From contig CAILTR010000101.1 in assembly GCA_903837175.1 (NCBI GenBank), positions 1 to 57,358 on the forward strand: 57,358 nt of DNA, written 5' to 3'. Of the stretch, positions 17,277 through 26,708 are shown in pieces. The notes beneath the pieces were generated by a model. The model ran no database searches. It was not told the DNA's origin and saw only the letters and a list, made by a program, of their open reading frames with translations. The DNA comes from an uncultured bacterium. Its GTDB lineage: Bacteria > Patescibacteriota > Minisyncoccia > Moranbacterales > GWC2-37-73. Position numbers and translations under genes: made by a program. Each line of letters opens with the position of its first letter. The stretch's first letter is position 1.

Positions 17277-17308
17277 GTTACTAGCTACTTGTTACTAGTT
17301 ACTAATAA
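17277..17308 (-). repeat. AGTAACTAGTAAC-type 3' trailer (after obg)
   Basis: Sense strand reads TTATTAGTAACTAGTAACAAGTAGCTAGTAAC directly after the obg stop. Confidence 0.8.
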
Positions 17309-18271
17309 TTATTTTTCCTTATCGAGTTCATTCAAAAGCTCTTTGATTTTTTGTAGTTGATCCCAATTGTGGATGGAAATTGGAAAGACATTTTTGCTGA
17401 GTTTTTTGGCTTTGGTGAGAATTTTTTTGAGCTGGCTTTCGCTGACTGTGTCGGAGCGTGAGATGAGGATGTATTGCGGTTTTTCAAGCAGGGCGGGGTT
17501 ATAGGCCTCGAGTTCAGCGCGGATAGTCTTATAATCAGCCATAATATCTTCGCTATCAGCGGCTAGAAAATGGAAAAGAATCTTAGTGCGTTCAACGTGT
17601 TTAAGAAATTTAATTCCAAGTCCCTTACCTTCGGAGGCGCCTTCGATTAACCCTGGGATATCAGCTAAAATTAAACCATAGTAAACACCTAAGTTTGGTT
17701 CTAGGGTTGTAAATTGATAGTTAGCGACTTTAACGCTGGCATTAGTAAGTTCATTAAGTAAACTGGATTTACCAAGGTTCGGCAAGCCTACAAAGCCGAT
17801 GTCGGCAATCATTTTAAGCTGCAAATGCAGGCTGGCGTGCTCGCCTTTTTTCCCGAATTCAAATTCTTTTGGGGTTGTATTTTTAGCCGAGCGGAAGAGG
17901 AAGTTTCCGCGCCCACCGCGGCCACCTTTAACGGCTAAAACTCTTTCGCCAACCTTAGTAATTTCAATGGCTTGTTTATTCTCAGTATTGGTAATAACGG
18001 TGCCGACTGGTAATTTAATAATTAAATCTTTACCATCTGGACCATCGCAAAATTGACCCTTGCCTTCGCGGCCATCTTCGGCAAAAAGTTGTTTTTTAAA
18101 ACGGAATTGGTTAAAAGCGTTAAGATCTGAAACACCTTCAAAATAGACGCTGGCGCCTTTGCCACCACTTCCACCAGCTGGCCCAAGGCTCATCAGGTTC
18201 TTATTAAAGCCTGCGCAACCTTTACCGCCGTCTCCAGCTGAGATTTCAATTTTGACATCATCTAATAGCAT
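17309..18271 (-). CDS. obg: GTPase Obg/CgtA
   Basis: 320 aa; Gly-rich Obg fold (GGKGCAGF, GGSGGKG, GGRGGRGN) plus G domain GLPNLGKSS, DIPGLIEGA. Confidence 0.95.
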   Translation of the reverse strand: MLLDDVKIEISAGDGGKGCAGFNKNLMSLGPAGGSGGKGASVYFEGVSDLNAFNQFRFKKQLFAEDGREGKGQFCDGPDGKDLIIKLPVGTVITNTENKQAIEITKVGERVLAVKGGRGGRGNFLFRSAKNTTPKEFEFGKKGEHASLHLQLKMIADIGFVGLPNLGKSSLLNELTNASVKVANYQFTTLEPNLGVYYGLILADIPGLIEGASEGKGLGIKFLKHVERTKILFHFLAADSEDIMADYKTIRAELEAYNPALLEKPQYILISRSDTVSESQLKKILTKAKKLSKNVFPISIHNWDQLQKIKELLNELDKEK

Positions 18272-18306
18272 AGCTTTTAGCTTCGTTAGCTTTTAGGTTA
18301 TTAGTT
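18272..18306 (+). repeat. AGCTTTTAGCTTCGTTAGC-type word block
   Basis: AGCTTTTAGCTTCGTTAGCTTTTAGG between the divergent obg and oxidoreductase genes. Confidence 0.75.
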
Positions 18307-18402
18307 TAAACATTGATACTAATAATGCAGTATAGCCTGGAAGATGGAAAAGAGCAAGGGTTGGGGTTGCTAGAAAAAAGAAAGTGTGTCATGATGAGGT
18401 TT

Positions 18403-19698
18403 ATGAAAAAAATAATTGCAGAACAATTTGACGTATTAGTCATTGGCGGGGGACCGGCGGGACTCATGGCGGCTGGAAGGGCTGCCCAGAAGGGCGCACG
18501 GGTGGCCTTAGTGGAGAAAAATGATCGCTATGGTGTTAAACTCCTGATGACTGGTAATGGTCGCTGTAACCTTACCCAAGAGGCTGAAGATACAGTGGAG
18601 TTAGTAAAAGTCTACCGAAATGGTAGGTTTTTACTCAATGCTTTTAAACGCATGAGCCCAACTAATTTACGAGATTTTTTTCGTAGTCGGGGTGTGGAAA
18701 CAAAAGTGGAAAAAAATGGCAAAGTTTTTCCGGTCAGTGATCAAGGTAAAGACGTGCTAGACGCCCTTTATCAATATTGTCGAAAAAATATGGTAACCTT
18801 TTTTAACACGGAAGAAGTTGTTGACATCGAATTTGAAGAGAATGACCCCAATGAAATTGTCGCTTCGCGAATTTCACGGGGTAAAATAAGCAAAGTCGTC
18901 ACTAGGAAAAAAGAAATTTCGGCGGAGAAATATGTTCTAGCGACGGGCGGAAAATCTTATCCGCAGACTGGCTCAACTGGTAAAGCTTTTGCTTGGTTGG
19001 AGAAGTTAGGGCATAGCGTAATTGAGCCCTTGCCAAGTCTGGTGCCGATTATGATTGCCGAGCAAGCCATTAAGGATGCTCAGGGTCTAACTGCCCATAA
19101 TGTTTCGATAACAGCTATGCAAGCTGGCAAAAAAATTGTGACTGAAAATGGCGATTTGATGTTTGCTCACTTCGGACTGAGTGGCCCATTAGCGCTTAAT
19201 CTCAGTTGCAAGTTGCGAGAGGTTTTTGAAAAAGGAGAACTTAAACTTTTCTTAGATTTAAAGCCGGAGCTTTCTTTTGAGCAGGTTGATGAAATTATTC
19301 GTAAGGATTTTGAAGATAACGCGCATAAAAATTTAAGTAATTGTCTGAAGGATTTTGCTAGCCCAAAAATGTTGGCTTTAATTTTTACGCTGGCCGGCTT
19401 AGATACCCATAAACACGCTGGTAATCTCAGCAAGCAAGATCGGCTGAAAATAGTAACACTTTTTAAAAAGATGGAAATGACTGTGGAAGAACTTTTCGGT
19501 TTTGAAAAGGCGATGGTTACTAGGGGCGGAGTTTCGGTTAAGGAAATTGATTCAAAAACAATGCAATCGAAAATTATTGAGAACCTTTATTTCGCTGGGG
19601 AAATTATCGATGTCGATGGTCCAACTGGGGGATATAACTTGCAAGTCTGCTGGGCAACTGGCTATGTGGCTGGCGAAAGTGCCACTAAAGATCGCTAA
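18403..19698 (+). CDS. HI0933/YhiN-family NAD(P)/FAD-dependent oxidoreductase
   Basis: FDVLVIGGGPAGLMAA dinucleotide fold; C-terminal GEIIDVDGPTGGYNLQ motif; ATG 18403 preferred over the upstream TTG 18313. Confidence 0.85.
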   Translation: MKKIIAEQFDVLVIGGGPAGLMAAGRAAQKGARVALVEKNDRYGVKLLMTGNGRCNLTQEAEDTVELVKVYRNGRFLLNAFKRMSPTNLRDFFRSRGVETKVEKNGKVFPVSDQGKDVLDALYQYCRKNMVTFFNTEEVVDIEFEENDPNEIVASRISRGKISKVVTRKKEISAEKYVLATGGKSYPQTGSTGKAFAWLEKLGHSVIEPLPSLVPIMIAEQAIKDAQGLTAHNVSITAMQAGKKIVTENGDLMFAHFGLSGPLALNLSCKLREVFEKGELKLFLDLKPELSFEQVDEIIRKDFEDNAHKNLSNCLKDFASPKMLALIFTLAGLDTHKHAGNLSKQDRLKIVTLFKKMEMTVEELFGFEKAMVTRGGVSVKEIDSKTMQSKIIENLYFAGEIIDVDGPTGGYNLQVCWATGYVAGESATKDR

Positions 19699-19729
19699 GT
19701 TATTTTGAGTAATAACACTTTTCAAATTT

Positions 19730-19762
19730 AAAAAAGACTTTCCGGAAAGAAAGTCTTTTTTG
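19730..19762. terminator. bidirectional terminator between convergent genes
   Basis: AAAAAGACTTTC-loop-GAAAGTCTTTTTT. Confidence 0.8.
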
Positions 19763-19799
19763 TTTTGCTAAATGTCTATAAAATTTGGCTGGCACTTTT

Positions 19800-20684
19800 T
19801 CATTTTTTAAGTTTCATGTGAGTCAGATAGATTCGTTCAAGACGTGAGGGGTGGTAAGCTTTAGTGTAAAATGAAGAAATTGAAATTGGAGCAGTGCTGT
19901 TAATGGAAAATAAATTAATTGGTTTTTTGCGAAGAGAAAAATGCTGAATTGCGAAATGAAAATAAGTGGCAAGTATTTCGTAACAAAAGAAGATAAAGAC
20001 AAGCCATAGCATTAACGTATACAGAAAGCCAAAGAGTGGAGTGGGAAAAACTTGCTCTGTTGAGTTGAAAAAAGTTTTTTCTAGGGTGCTAAGACTTGCG
20101 GAAAAAATTTGTTGGGTTTTTTGCAGGAAAGTTGAACTGGTTAGGGGCGTTTCTTTCTTCGTGGTCGAGACTCCCGCAATTGTTTTTTCAATTGGAACTG
20201 GCGCTACTTTGGCCCCAAACTCTTGAACGGTAATGATTGTCTGGGTTCCGTTAATTTTCCCTGTGATAACAGCAACTCCAATTTCCTTATACTTTGGATT
20301 TAAGATATTTTTTTTATGGCTTTCACTTTGCATAAAAGCTTCATGTTGAACTTTGGCGTCAGTAAAATTAATGGCTAAATTTTCGCCGGCAAAAGAATAA
20401 TCATAACCGCTTTGCCCGATCCATTGCCAAGGTGTAACCCCACTGGGTGAGACATGGGCAAAATAATTATGCAGGACCATGTCATTGGCTTTTTCCAGGG
20501 CAGCCTTGGAAAGATCGGCATTGATTTCAAGTGGCTGGATATCAAGCTTGGCCCTTTCATCGTTCACTAATGCTATAACAGTTTTGGGATCAAGGGTTGT
20601 TGCTTGGGAAGAATGAAAAGGCACCAGTAGGGTTAAGGCTACTAGGCTTGAAAGGAATAGGTTGGAGAGCCATTTTTTAGACAT
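19800..20684 (-). CDS. CAP/SCP (YkwD-like) domain protein with C-terminal TM segment
   Basis: CAP motifs ERAKL ... YFAHVSPSG ... GENLA ... SESHKKNIL; signal peptide; start ATG 20684 (a GTG at 20711 lies in a hairpin). Confidence 0.8.
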   Translation of the reverse strand: MSKKWLSNLFLSSLVALTLLVPFHSSQATTLDPKTVIALVNDERAKLDIQPLEINADLSKAALEKANDMVLHNYFAHVSPSGVTPWQWIGQSGYDYSFAGENLAINFTDAKVQHEAFMQSESHKKNILNPKYKEIGVAVITGKINGTQTIITVQEFGAKVAPVPIEKTIAGVSTTKKETPLTSSTFLQKTQQIFSASLSTLEKTFFNSTEQVFPTPLFGFLYTLMLWLVFIFFCYEILATYFHFAIQHFSLRKKPINLFSINSTAPISISSFYTKAYHPSRLERIYLTHMKLKK

Positions 20685-20731
20685 ATTAGAAAAAGAAAAA
20701 GGGCGTTTCACCCGAGTGAAACGCCCTTTTA
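20685..20731 (-). terminator. terminator-like hairpin in the leader of the CAP-domain gene
   Basis: Minus strand AAGGGCGTTTCAC-TCGG-GTGAAACGCCCTT then TTTCTTTTTCT, ending ~10 nt before ATG 20684. Confidence 0.55.
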
Positions 20732-20757
20732 AGACATTTATAAGTTAATTATATACC

Positions 20758-20786
20758 TATTTTGGCTAAAAGTCAAGGTTTTCAGG
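20758..20786 (-). promoter_or_regulatory. near-consensus promoter upstream of the CAP-domain gene
   Basis: TTGACT-17 nt-TATAAT on the minus strand. Confidence 0.6.
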
Positions 20787-20855
20787 TTTCATTAACTCTA
20801 AAATAGTTAACTCAAAGTAGCACTTGAGAATTAAGGCGCGTTCTGGCGAAAGTTA

Positions 20856-20864
20856 TGGTATAAT
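20856..20864 (+). promoter_or_regulatory. extended -10 element upstream of the S8 protease gene
   Basis: TGgTATAAT. Confidence 0.4.
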
Positions 20865-20981
20865 AAATTTAAGTAGAAAGTGCTTCATATCAAAATTAAT
20901 TTTAGAAATAAAATTTGTTAATTGCATAAATTATTTATAATTTAGCTGATAGTGTTTAATAAAAAATAAAATAAAAAAGTG

Positions 20982-23900
20982 ATGCAAAAAAAATCTTTTT
21001 ATCGGAAAGCGCAGACTGTTTTTTTATTATTAGCGATGCTAGCTCCAAATTTAGGTCAGGTTAACTTGGTGGCAAGAGCGCAAGCGACGCCTGACCCACA
21101 ACCACAGGTAGATCTTCAAGACAAAGCAACGGCCGTAAAAAATATTAAAGCTAATGCTCCAGATGTGATTGAACCCATAGTTGGTAAAAATTATGTGCCA
21201 GGCGAATTAATTGTAAAGTTTAAAGATAATATTAATCTTTCTGAGACAACGGGAAAAGTTGAAGTTGCTAATTTTGCTAAAGATAAAAATTTAAGCAGGC
21301 AAAAAGATTTCCAGCAGTACAATAGTTCCTTATTGAAACTTAAAGATTCAAAAACAAGTCTCAATAGTAAAATCGTGGAACTTCGTAGCAATCCTAATGT
21401 TGAATCTGTGCAGCCTAATTATCAATATAATTCACTTTCAACAAATCTAAATTCAATCAATGATACTGGGAAGGCTAATCAATGGGGCCTTTATAATAAT
21501 GGAAGTACGGTGGTTCTGGATGGGCAAACTATTACTAAAACTGCCGGAGCTGATATTGATGCTGCTGGAGCGTGGGGTGCAACTGGGGGTGAGAATAATT
21601 CAGTTATTGTAGCGGTGATTGATTCTGGGGTTGCCTATAACCAACCTGACTTGGTGGCGAATATGTGGCATGCTTCGGCTGGAAGTTGTTTTGATCAGAC
21701 TGGGGCAGTGATGGCTATTGATGGAATTCCAATTGCTTGTGATTACGGTTATGATTTTGAAAATAATGACGGTGATCCTTCGCCGGTTAATTCTTCGCTT
21801 GGCGCTGCTGAAGCTTCGCACGGAACGGTTATTGCTGGTATTATCGGAGCATCTCAGAATAATGCTAAGGGGATTGCTGGGGTAGCTAAAAATGTTAAAA
21901 TCATGGCCTTGCGAAGCAGATTAACTACCTCAAATATTATTGCTGCTATTAGCTTTGCAAAATATAATGGGGCTAAAGTGATTAACGCTAGTTGGGGTAA
22001 TCATTCGCAAGATGAAGCGTTGCTACTTGCGATTGCTGATTTTAATGGTTTGTTTGTGGCGTCTGCTGGTAATGATGCTAATAATAATGATGCTAATCCA
22101 GCCTATCCTTGCGCTTATTCTGTTTTTCAATCAAATGTGATTTGTGTGGCGGCTGTTGATGAAAATGGCAGCTTGGCAAGTTTCTCAAACTACGGTGCTT
22201 CCACCGTTGATATTGGCGCGCCAGGCACTAATATTTATAGCCCTCTGGCAACAACGACAGTGGCTTTGCAGGATTTTAGCTCAGTGACTCCGCCAGCTTT
22301 TCCAACTGGATTTTCTGGTGGCGCTGGTAGTGGGACGGCAGCTGTTTCTGGTAATAACGTGCTTTTTGGGGATTCGGAGCGCTCGCCTTATAGCGATAAT
22401 GCAAATTATTTAATTAAATCAAATGAAATAGATTTAAGTAGTCTACAGGAAACAGATTTACCAAGTCTGGATTTTTTAGCTACCTGTGATACAGCGTATA
22501 GTACTGGTGATTATTTGGATTATGGCGCCTTTCATGTCAGTAGCGATAATTCAGCTTATGATACTCTCTTTGTTGGCTCGACCCCAGTAGTTTTTGATGA
22601 GGAAGTTCTTGACTACATGTATGGTGATAGCGATCCAATAGGGAGTGCTACTTATCGCTTTACCGATATACCTCTTGAAAGTCAGTATTTAACCTCGACT
22701 TTTCACTATGGTTATCAATGGGTAACAGATGATACAGATAATAACTATGCAGGTTGCTCGATAGATGATGTCACGATTAAAAAGATTACCAATGGTTCTG
22801 GAGATGGTACCAATAATAATAACTATGCTTATGTAAGTGGTACTTCGATGGCAACGCCTTTTGTAACTGGGGTTGCGGCGCTAGCCTGGAGTTATAACGG
22901 CAATTTGTCAGCAGCGAGCGTAAAGCAAATTATTGATAGTAATGGTACGGCCAATACGAGCTTAAATGGAAAAACAATTTCCGGAAAAATGCTCAATGCT
23001 AATAGCGTGCTTAGCTATTTAAGTTCAGTTAAGAAAATAACTGGCTTTGAATTTGGTTTTTCGGGATACACTAGTAATGTCACGGGAACAATTAATGAAG
23101 CGGCGCACACCATTAAAGTGATCGTGCCTTATTCTCATAGAAGCGAAATAACTGCGTTAGCTCCAGTTATAAATTTGGAAGGCGCCTCAGTTAGTCCAGC
23201 CAACGGGGTGGTGCAAGATTTTACGAATCCAATGAGCTATACCGTAACTGCCGCTGATGGTGGCACTCAGAATTATACGGTTACCGTAACAACGGGGCCT
23301 GCAATTTCAAGTTTTAGTTTGCCAGGAGCGACAATGGAAAAAACATATATAGATTCAGATGGCAGTGAACGACTCGTGCTCGCGGTTACGCGGGGAACTG
23401 ATTTATCTTCGCTTGTACCGACAGTGACCGTTGTAAATGGTGGCAGCGGGACTATCCTTTCTCCAATAGCGGGAGAGGCTCAAGATTTTAGTGATTCTAT
23501 TTTAAATCCAGTCGCTTATCTTTTAACCAGGGATAATGGCGATGGAACCTTTGATCAGCAAAATTATAAAATTACAGTTTTGGAAGCTCCGGGAATTTCA
23601 GCTTTTTCATTCTCTGGAGTAACTTCTGCACTAATAAGTAGTACTTTTGACTCAAGTGGGGATGGGCACGCTGCTCTAGTTGTTCCTGCTAGTGTGAGTC
23701 TTACTAGCTTGATGCCAAAGATTGAATTTGATAGTTCTGGGCAGTGGGCTGGTACTTCAATTTCTCCAAATACTGGCGTGGTAACCGATTTCACTACTCC
23801 AGTTAAATATACCTTAACTTGGAATGAAACTACTACAGGAACTGTTATTACTCAGAATTACTATGTTAGTGTGACCCAGACTGCTGATTCCTTCCCTGAT

Positions 23901-24446
23901 TCAAGCGTTGCCTTTAGTGGCAAAAGTTCCTCAGTAAATAAAAAATCCTCTACTAGCGAAAAAGTAAAAATTAATTTTAAAAATGCCGAAAATGCCGTAG
24001 CTTACATGGTTTCAACTAAATCTAGTTTTGCGGGTGCTACTTGGAAGACAATGGCAGGTGGGGTAACTGTGAAGTTAAAAAAGAAGAGTGGTAAGCAGAA
24101 TTTTTACATTAAATTCAAAGACATTAATGGTTTTGAATCGCCAGTCGAGAAAAAAACAGTGGAGTATATCAGCCCAGATCGGGTAATTAAAAATTCAAAA
24201 AATACTATTGCGCGGGGCGATGTGCTAATACAATCAGGAAAAGCTTTTTCAAAAAACAGTAAGGTTGCCCTTTATTTTTCTAAAGCTGGTGGCGGTTACT
24301 ACCCACCAAGCGAAAAACAAACAGATAGTAAAGGTGCCTTCTCGGTATCTTTTAAGGCCATGAAAGCCAAAGGAAAATACCAATGGTATGCGCTGGATTT
24401 AAAAACCGGTAAAAAAAGTAAAATTATTAAGTATGAGATTAAGTAA
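20982..24446 (+). CDS. large secreted subtilisin-like (S8) serine protease with inserted domain and tandem Ig-like repeats
   Basis: Catalytic triad contexts VAVIDSGV, HGTVIAG, GTSMATP; signal peptide; ~197-aa insertion before the Ser motif; three ~90-aa repeats at 23035-23880. Confidence 0.9.
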   Translation: MQKKSFYRKAQTVFLLLAMLAPNLGQVNLVARAQATPDPQPQVDLQDKATAVKNIKANAPDVIEPIVGKNYVPGELIVKFKDNINLSETTGKVEVANFAKDKNLSRQKDFQQYNSSLLKLKDSKTSLNSKIVELRSNPNVESVQPNYQYNSLSTNLNSINDTGKANQWGLYNNGSTVVLDGQTITKTAGADIDAAGAWGATGGENNSVIVAVIDSGVAYNQPDLVANMWHASAGSCFDQTGAVMAIDGIPIACDYGYDFENNDGDPSPVNSSLGAAEASHGTVIAGIIGASQNNAKGIAGVAKNVKIMALRSRLTTSNIIAAISFAKYNGAKVINASWGNHSQDEALLLAIADFNGLFVASAGNDANNNDANPAYPCAYSVFQSNVICVAAVDENGSLASFSNYGASTVDIGAPGTNIYSPLATTTVALQDFSSVTPPAFPTGFSGGAGSGTAAVSGNNVLFGDSERSPYSDNANYLIKSNEIDLSSLQETDLPSLDFLATCDTAYSTGDYLDYGAFHVSSDNSAYDTLFVGSTPVVFDEEVLDYMYGDSDPIGSATYRFTDIPLESQYLTSTFHYGYQWVTDDTDNNYAGCSIDDVTIKKITNGSGDGTNNNNYAYVSGTSMATPFVTGVAALAWSYNGNLSAASVKQIIDSNGTANTSLNGKTISGKMLNANSVLSYLSSVKKITGFEFGFSGYTSNVTGTINEAAHTIKVIVPYSHRSEITALAPVINLEGASVSPANGVVQDFTNPMSYTVTAADGGTQNYTVTVTTGPAISSFSLPGATMEKTYIDSDGSERLVLAVTRGTDLSSLVPTVTVVNGGSGTILSPIAGEAQDFSDSILNPVAYLLTRDNGDGTFDQQNYKITVLEAPGISAFSFSGVTSALISSTFDSSGDGHAALVVPASVSLTSLMPKIEFDSSGQWAGTSISPNTGVVTDFTTPVKYTLTWNETTTGTVITQNYYVSVTQTADSFPDSSVAFSGKSSSVNKKSSTSEKVKINFKNAENAVAYMVSTKSSFAGATWKTMAGGVTVKLKKKSGKQNFYIKFKDINGFESPVEKKTVEYISPDRVIKNSKNTIARGDVLIQSGKAFSKNSKVALYFSKAGGGYYPPSEKQTDSKGAFSVSFKAMKAKGKYQWYALDLKTGKKSKIIKYEIK

Positions 24447-24460
24447 AAATATCTAGCTAA

Positions 24461-24494
24461 AAATCAAAAACTGCCAGAGGGCAGTTTTTGATTT
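24461..24494 (+). terminator. S8 protease gene terminator
   Basis: AAATCAAAAACTGCC-AGAG-GGCAGTTTTTGATTT. Confidence 0.8.
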
Positions 24495-24543
24495 CTGGTT
24501 AAATTTTTGCTAAGATTGTAGAAGAGCCATAATTAGAAGATTT

Positions 24544-25227
24544 ATGAAAAAAAGTTGTATTATTTTCGTTGCCGTAATGTTTTTTGGTTTTACCCAAACC
24601 TTACTGGCACAGGCTAATCAAACAGTTGATGTTAATCTTCAATTTGAGCAAGATGCCACTAACGTGACTGAAGCTGAGAATTCTAACTCTTCAAATGATA
24701 CAGCCCAAACTGGCTCAGATGTTATTAGGGTTTACGGGGCCGATGAAAGTGGGCAAGAAGCGGGAACACCTGAAGCAGTTACTGAGGCGACTGCCAATAC
24801 AGGTGATGCAATTAAAGAAGTGCAATATTATTTATGGGGAGACCCAGCTGAGAATATGCTGATTCTGGCTCAGCAAGAAGGTATTTATAATAAGGAGCTC
24901 GAGAATTTAGCTAAGCAGCAGGCAATTAATGACAGTAGTTTGCAGGATGCTAAAGCAGGAATTGAAGAAAGAAGTAGCCTGCTAAATTTTATAATAGGAC
25001 CTGATTTTAAGAATTTGAAACTTATAAATAAAGTGATAAATCAAAATGCTGAGGTCATTACTAACTTGAAAGAAATTACTGAAAAAATGGATAATACTAA
25101 GGTGAGGAAAGAAACTCTTGACCAGTTGGAAATTTTAAAAAAAAATAATCAAGCAACTCAAGATTATGTCACGGAGAAAAGTCGCCAGTTTAGTTTGTTT
25201 GGTTGGCTGGTGAGATTTTTTAATTAA
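24544..25227 (+). CDS. secreted hypothetical protein
   Basis: 227 aa; signal peptide MKKSCIIFVAVMFFGFTQTLLAQA; acidic then coiled-coil-like region. Confidence 0.6.
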   Translation: MKKSCIIFVAVMFFGFTQTLLAQANQTVDVNLQFEQDATNVTEAENSNSSNDTAQTGSDVIRVYGADESGQEAGTPEAVTEATANTGDAIKEVQYYLWGDPAENMLILAQQEGIYNKELENLAKQQAINDSSLQDAKAGIEERSSLLNFIIGPDFKNLKLINKVINQNAEVITNLKEITEKMDNTKVRKETLDQLEILKKNNQATQDYVTEKSRQFSLFGWLVRFFN

Positions 25228-25299
25228 AGGCTGTATCGTTTGCGGGTTATTAGTTGGTTATAATTAAATTGAGCTTTAATTTTTTTAAAAAATAAATTT

Positions 25300-26085
25300 A
25301 TGCAAGAGGAAACAAAATTAAACTTAGTGCGTTTTTTGGAACCAAAATTTGCGGTGGCGGTTATTGTAGTCCTAGCTGTCACGGCCATTGCGATCGTTTC
25401 GATTTTGCGAGAGAAAATTGTAAGTGACCAACAAAACCAAGTTTCAATTACGGGCCAGGGAAAAGTTAGTTATCAGCCGGATATTGCAACAGTTACACTT
25501 GGGGTTCAAATTGATAGAGCGCAAACGGCGGATTTAGCTTTGCAACAGCTGAATGAAAAAGTTTCGAAGATAATTTCTTCGCTGGACGCGTTGGGGATTA
25601 AAAAAGAGGATATTCAAACTCAAGCTTACACCTTAAATCCTCAATATGATTACAAGGATAATGTTTCTACGGTTGCTGGTTATGGCGCTAATCAGAAGTT
25701 AACTATTAAAGTTCCGGATATTATCAATAAGCCAGAGGTTGTTGGTCAGGTAGTAGCGCAAGCTGGTTCGGTGCAAGCCAATCAAGTTCAAGGCATTGAG
25801 TTTACAGTCTCAAACGTGAATGATTTAAAACAGCAAGCGAGACTGTTGGCAATTGCTGATGCTAAAACAAAATCAGCTGGGCTGGCGCAGGCAGCTGGAG
25901 TTAAGTTGGGTAAGGTTTTAAATTGGTATGATAATTTGCTGCAGTCTCCAGATTTGACTAATTCAAATAATCTGGGGTATGGTGGTTCAGACGTTGCGAT
26001 GGCAAAGTCGGCTGCTCCACCGCAAGTTCCTGGGGGTACGCAAGACATTATTGTTGAAGTAGGACTGACTTATGAGGTGAAATAG
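25300..26085 (+). CDS. SIMPL/DUF541 domain protein
   Basis: 261 aa; one TM then ITGQGKVSYQPDIATVTLGV ... typical of the SIMPL (26-kDa periplasmic immunogenic protein) family. Confidence 0.8.
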   Translation: MQEETKLNLVRFLEPKFAVAVIVVLAVTAIAIVSILREKIVSDQQNQVSITGQGKVSYQPDIATVTLGVQIDRAQTADLALQQLNEKVSKIISSLDALGIKKEDIQTQAYTLNPQYDYKDNVSTVAGYGANQKLTIKVPDIINKPEVVGQVVAQAGSVQANQVQGIEFTVSNVNDLKQQARLLAIADAKTKSAGLAQAAGVKLGKVLNWYDNLLQSPDLTNSNNLGYGGSDVAMAKSAAPPQVPGGTQDIIVEVGLTYEVK

Positions 26086-26160
26086 GATAAGATGGAACAT
26101 GGAACATGAAACATGGAACAAAAATTTTTAATGGCTAATTTATAATGCCTAATGAAATGC
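26086..26160 (+). repeat. stop-proximal word array (CATGGAA units, AATGCCTAAT)
   Basis: Immediately 3' of the SIMPL gene stop; same word family as 2681-2765. Confidence 0.85.
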
Positions 26161-26370
26161 GGAAGAAATAAAATAGAAATAGATTAGAGCTGGGATAGAA
26201 ATAATTAGTTTGTAATAAGTAATTTATTAAACAATATGCTTTTAGTTTATCCAAAAAAGTTTTTGGCTGGCGTGGAGCCAGATGATGAAGATGAGGATGA
26301 AGATGGGAGCGATTTCGGTTGCTAATAAAACGGACTATGGTCATGTAGGAATTATAGTCTTTAGAAATTA

Positions 26371-26500
26371 ATTTAGAAATTTTTACTTCGCTTATTTACT
26401 TTTTAGCGCCCGCGCTTGACCGAAAACAATGGTCAAATGCTTAGCTTGCTGTCGCTCGCATGGCCTAAAAAGCAAACAAGCTCGTAAAAATTGTGAGGTA
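26371..26500 (+). repeat. structured ~130-nt intergenic repeat, copy 3 (more degenerate)
   Basis: P1 26378-26386/26484-26492; hairpin TTGACC/GGTCAA 26416-26436; two A-C mismatches in the long helix; terminator follows at 26555-26586. Confidence 0.8.
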
Positions 26501-26554
26501 ATTTTGGGCTGAAAATGTAGATTGCGAATGACCTTTAGTAAAGTTTTGAATTTA

Positions 26555-26586
26555 AAAAAGCTTGCCAATTTGGCAGGCTTTTTTTG
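26555..26586 (+). terminator. terminator downstream of repeat copy 3
   Basis: AAAAAGCTTGCC-AATTT-GGCAGGCTTTTTTT. Confidence 0.65.
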
Positions 26587-26708
26587 TTGAAATAAATTGC
26601 AAGGGCTATGCGTAGAAATTTAAAGATACCCTTGGGGGGTATATTAAAAATCCTAAATCCTAATTTCTAATTTCTAATTAATTAATAATTTATTAAAAAA
26701 ACAAAGTT

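Noticed and set aside
26135-26371. 69-aa minus-strand ORF and a 29-aa Met-rich plus-strand mini-ORF (MMKMRMKMG..., 26282-26371) with a GGAG upstream
   Set aside because: Neither has supporting features beyond an open frame. The mini-ORF runs into repeat copy 3 and cannot be supported from sequence alone.
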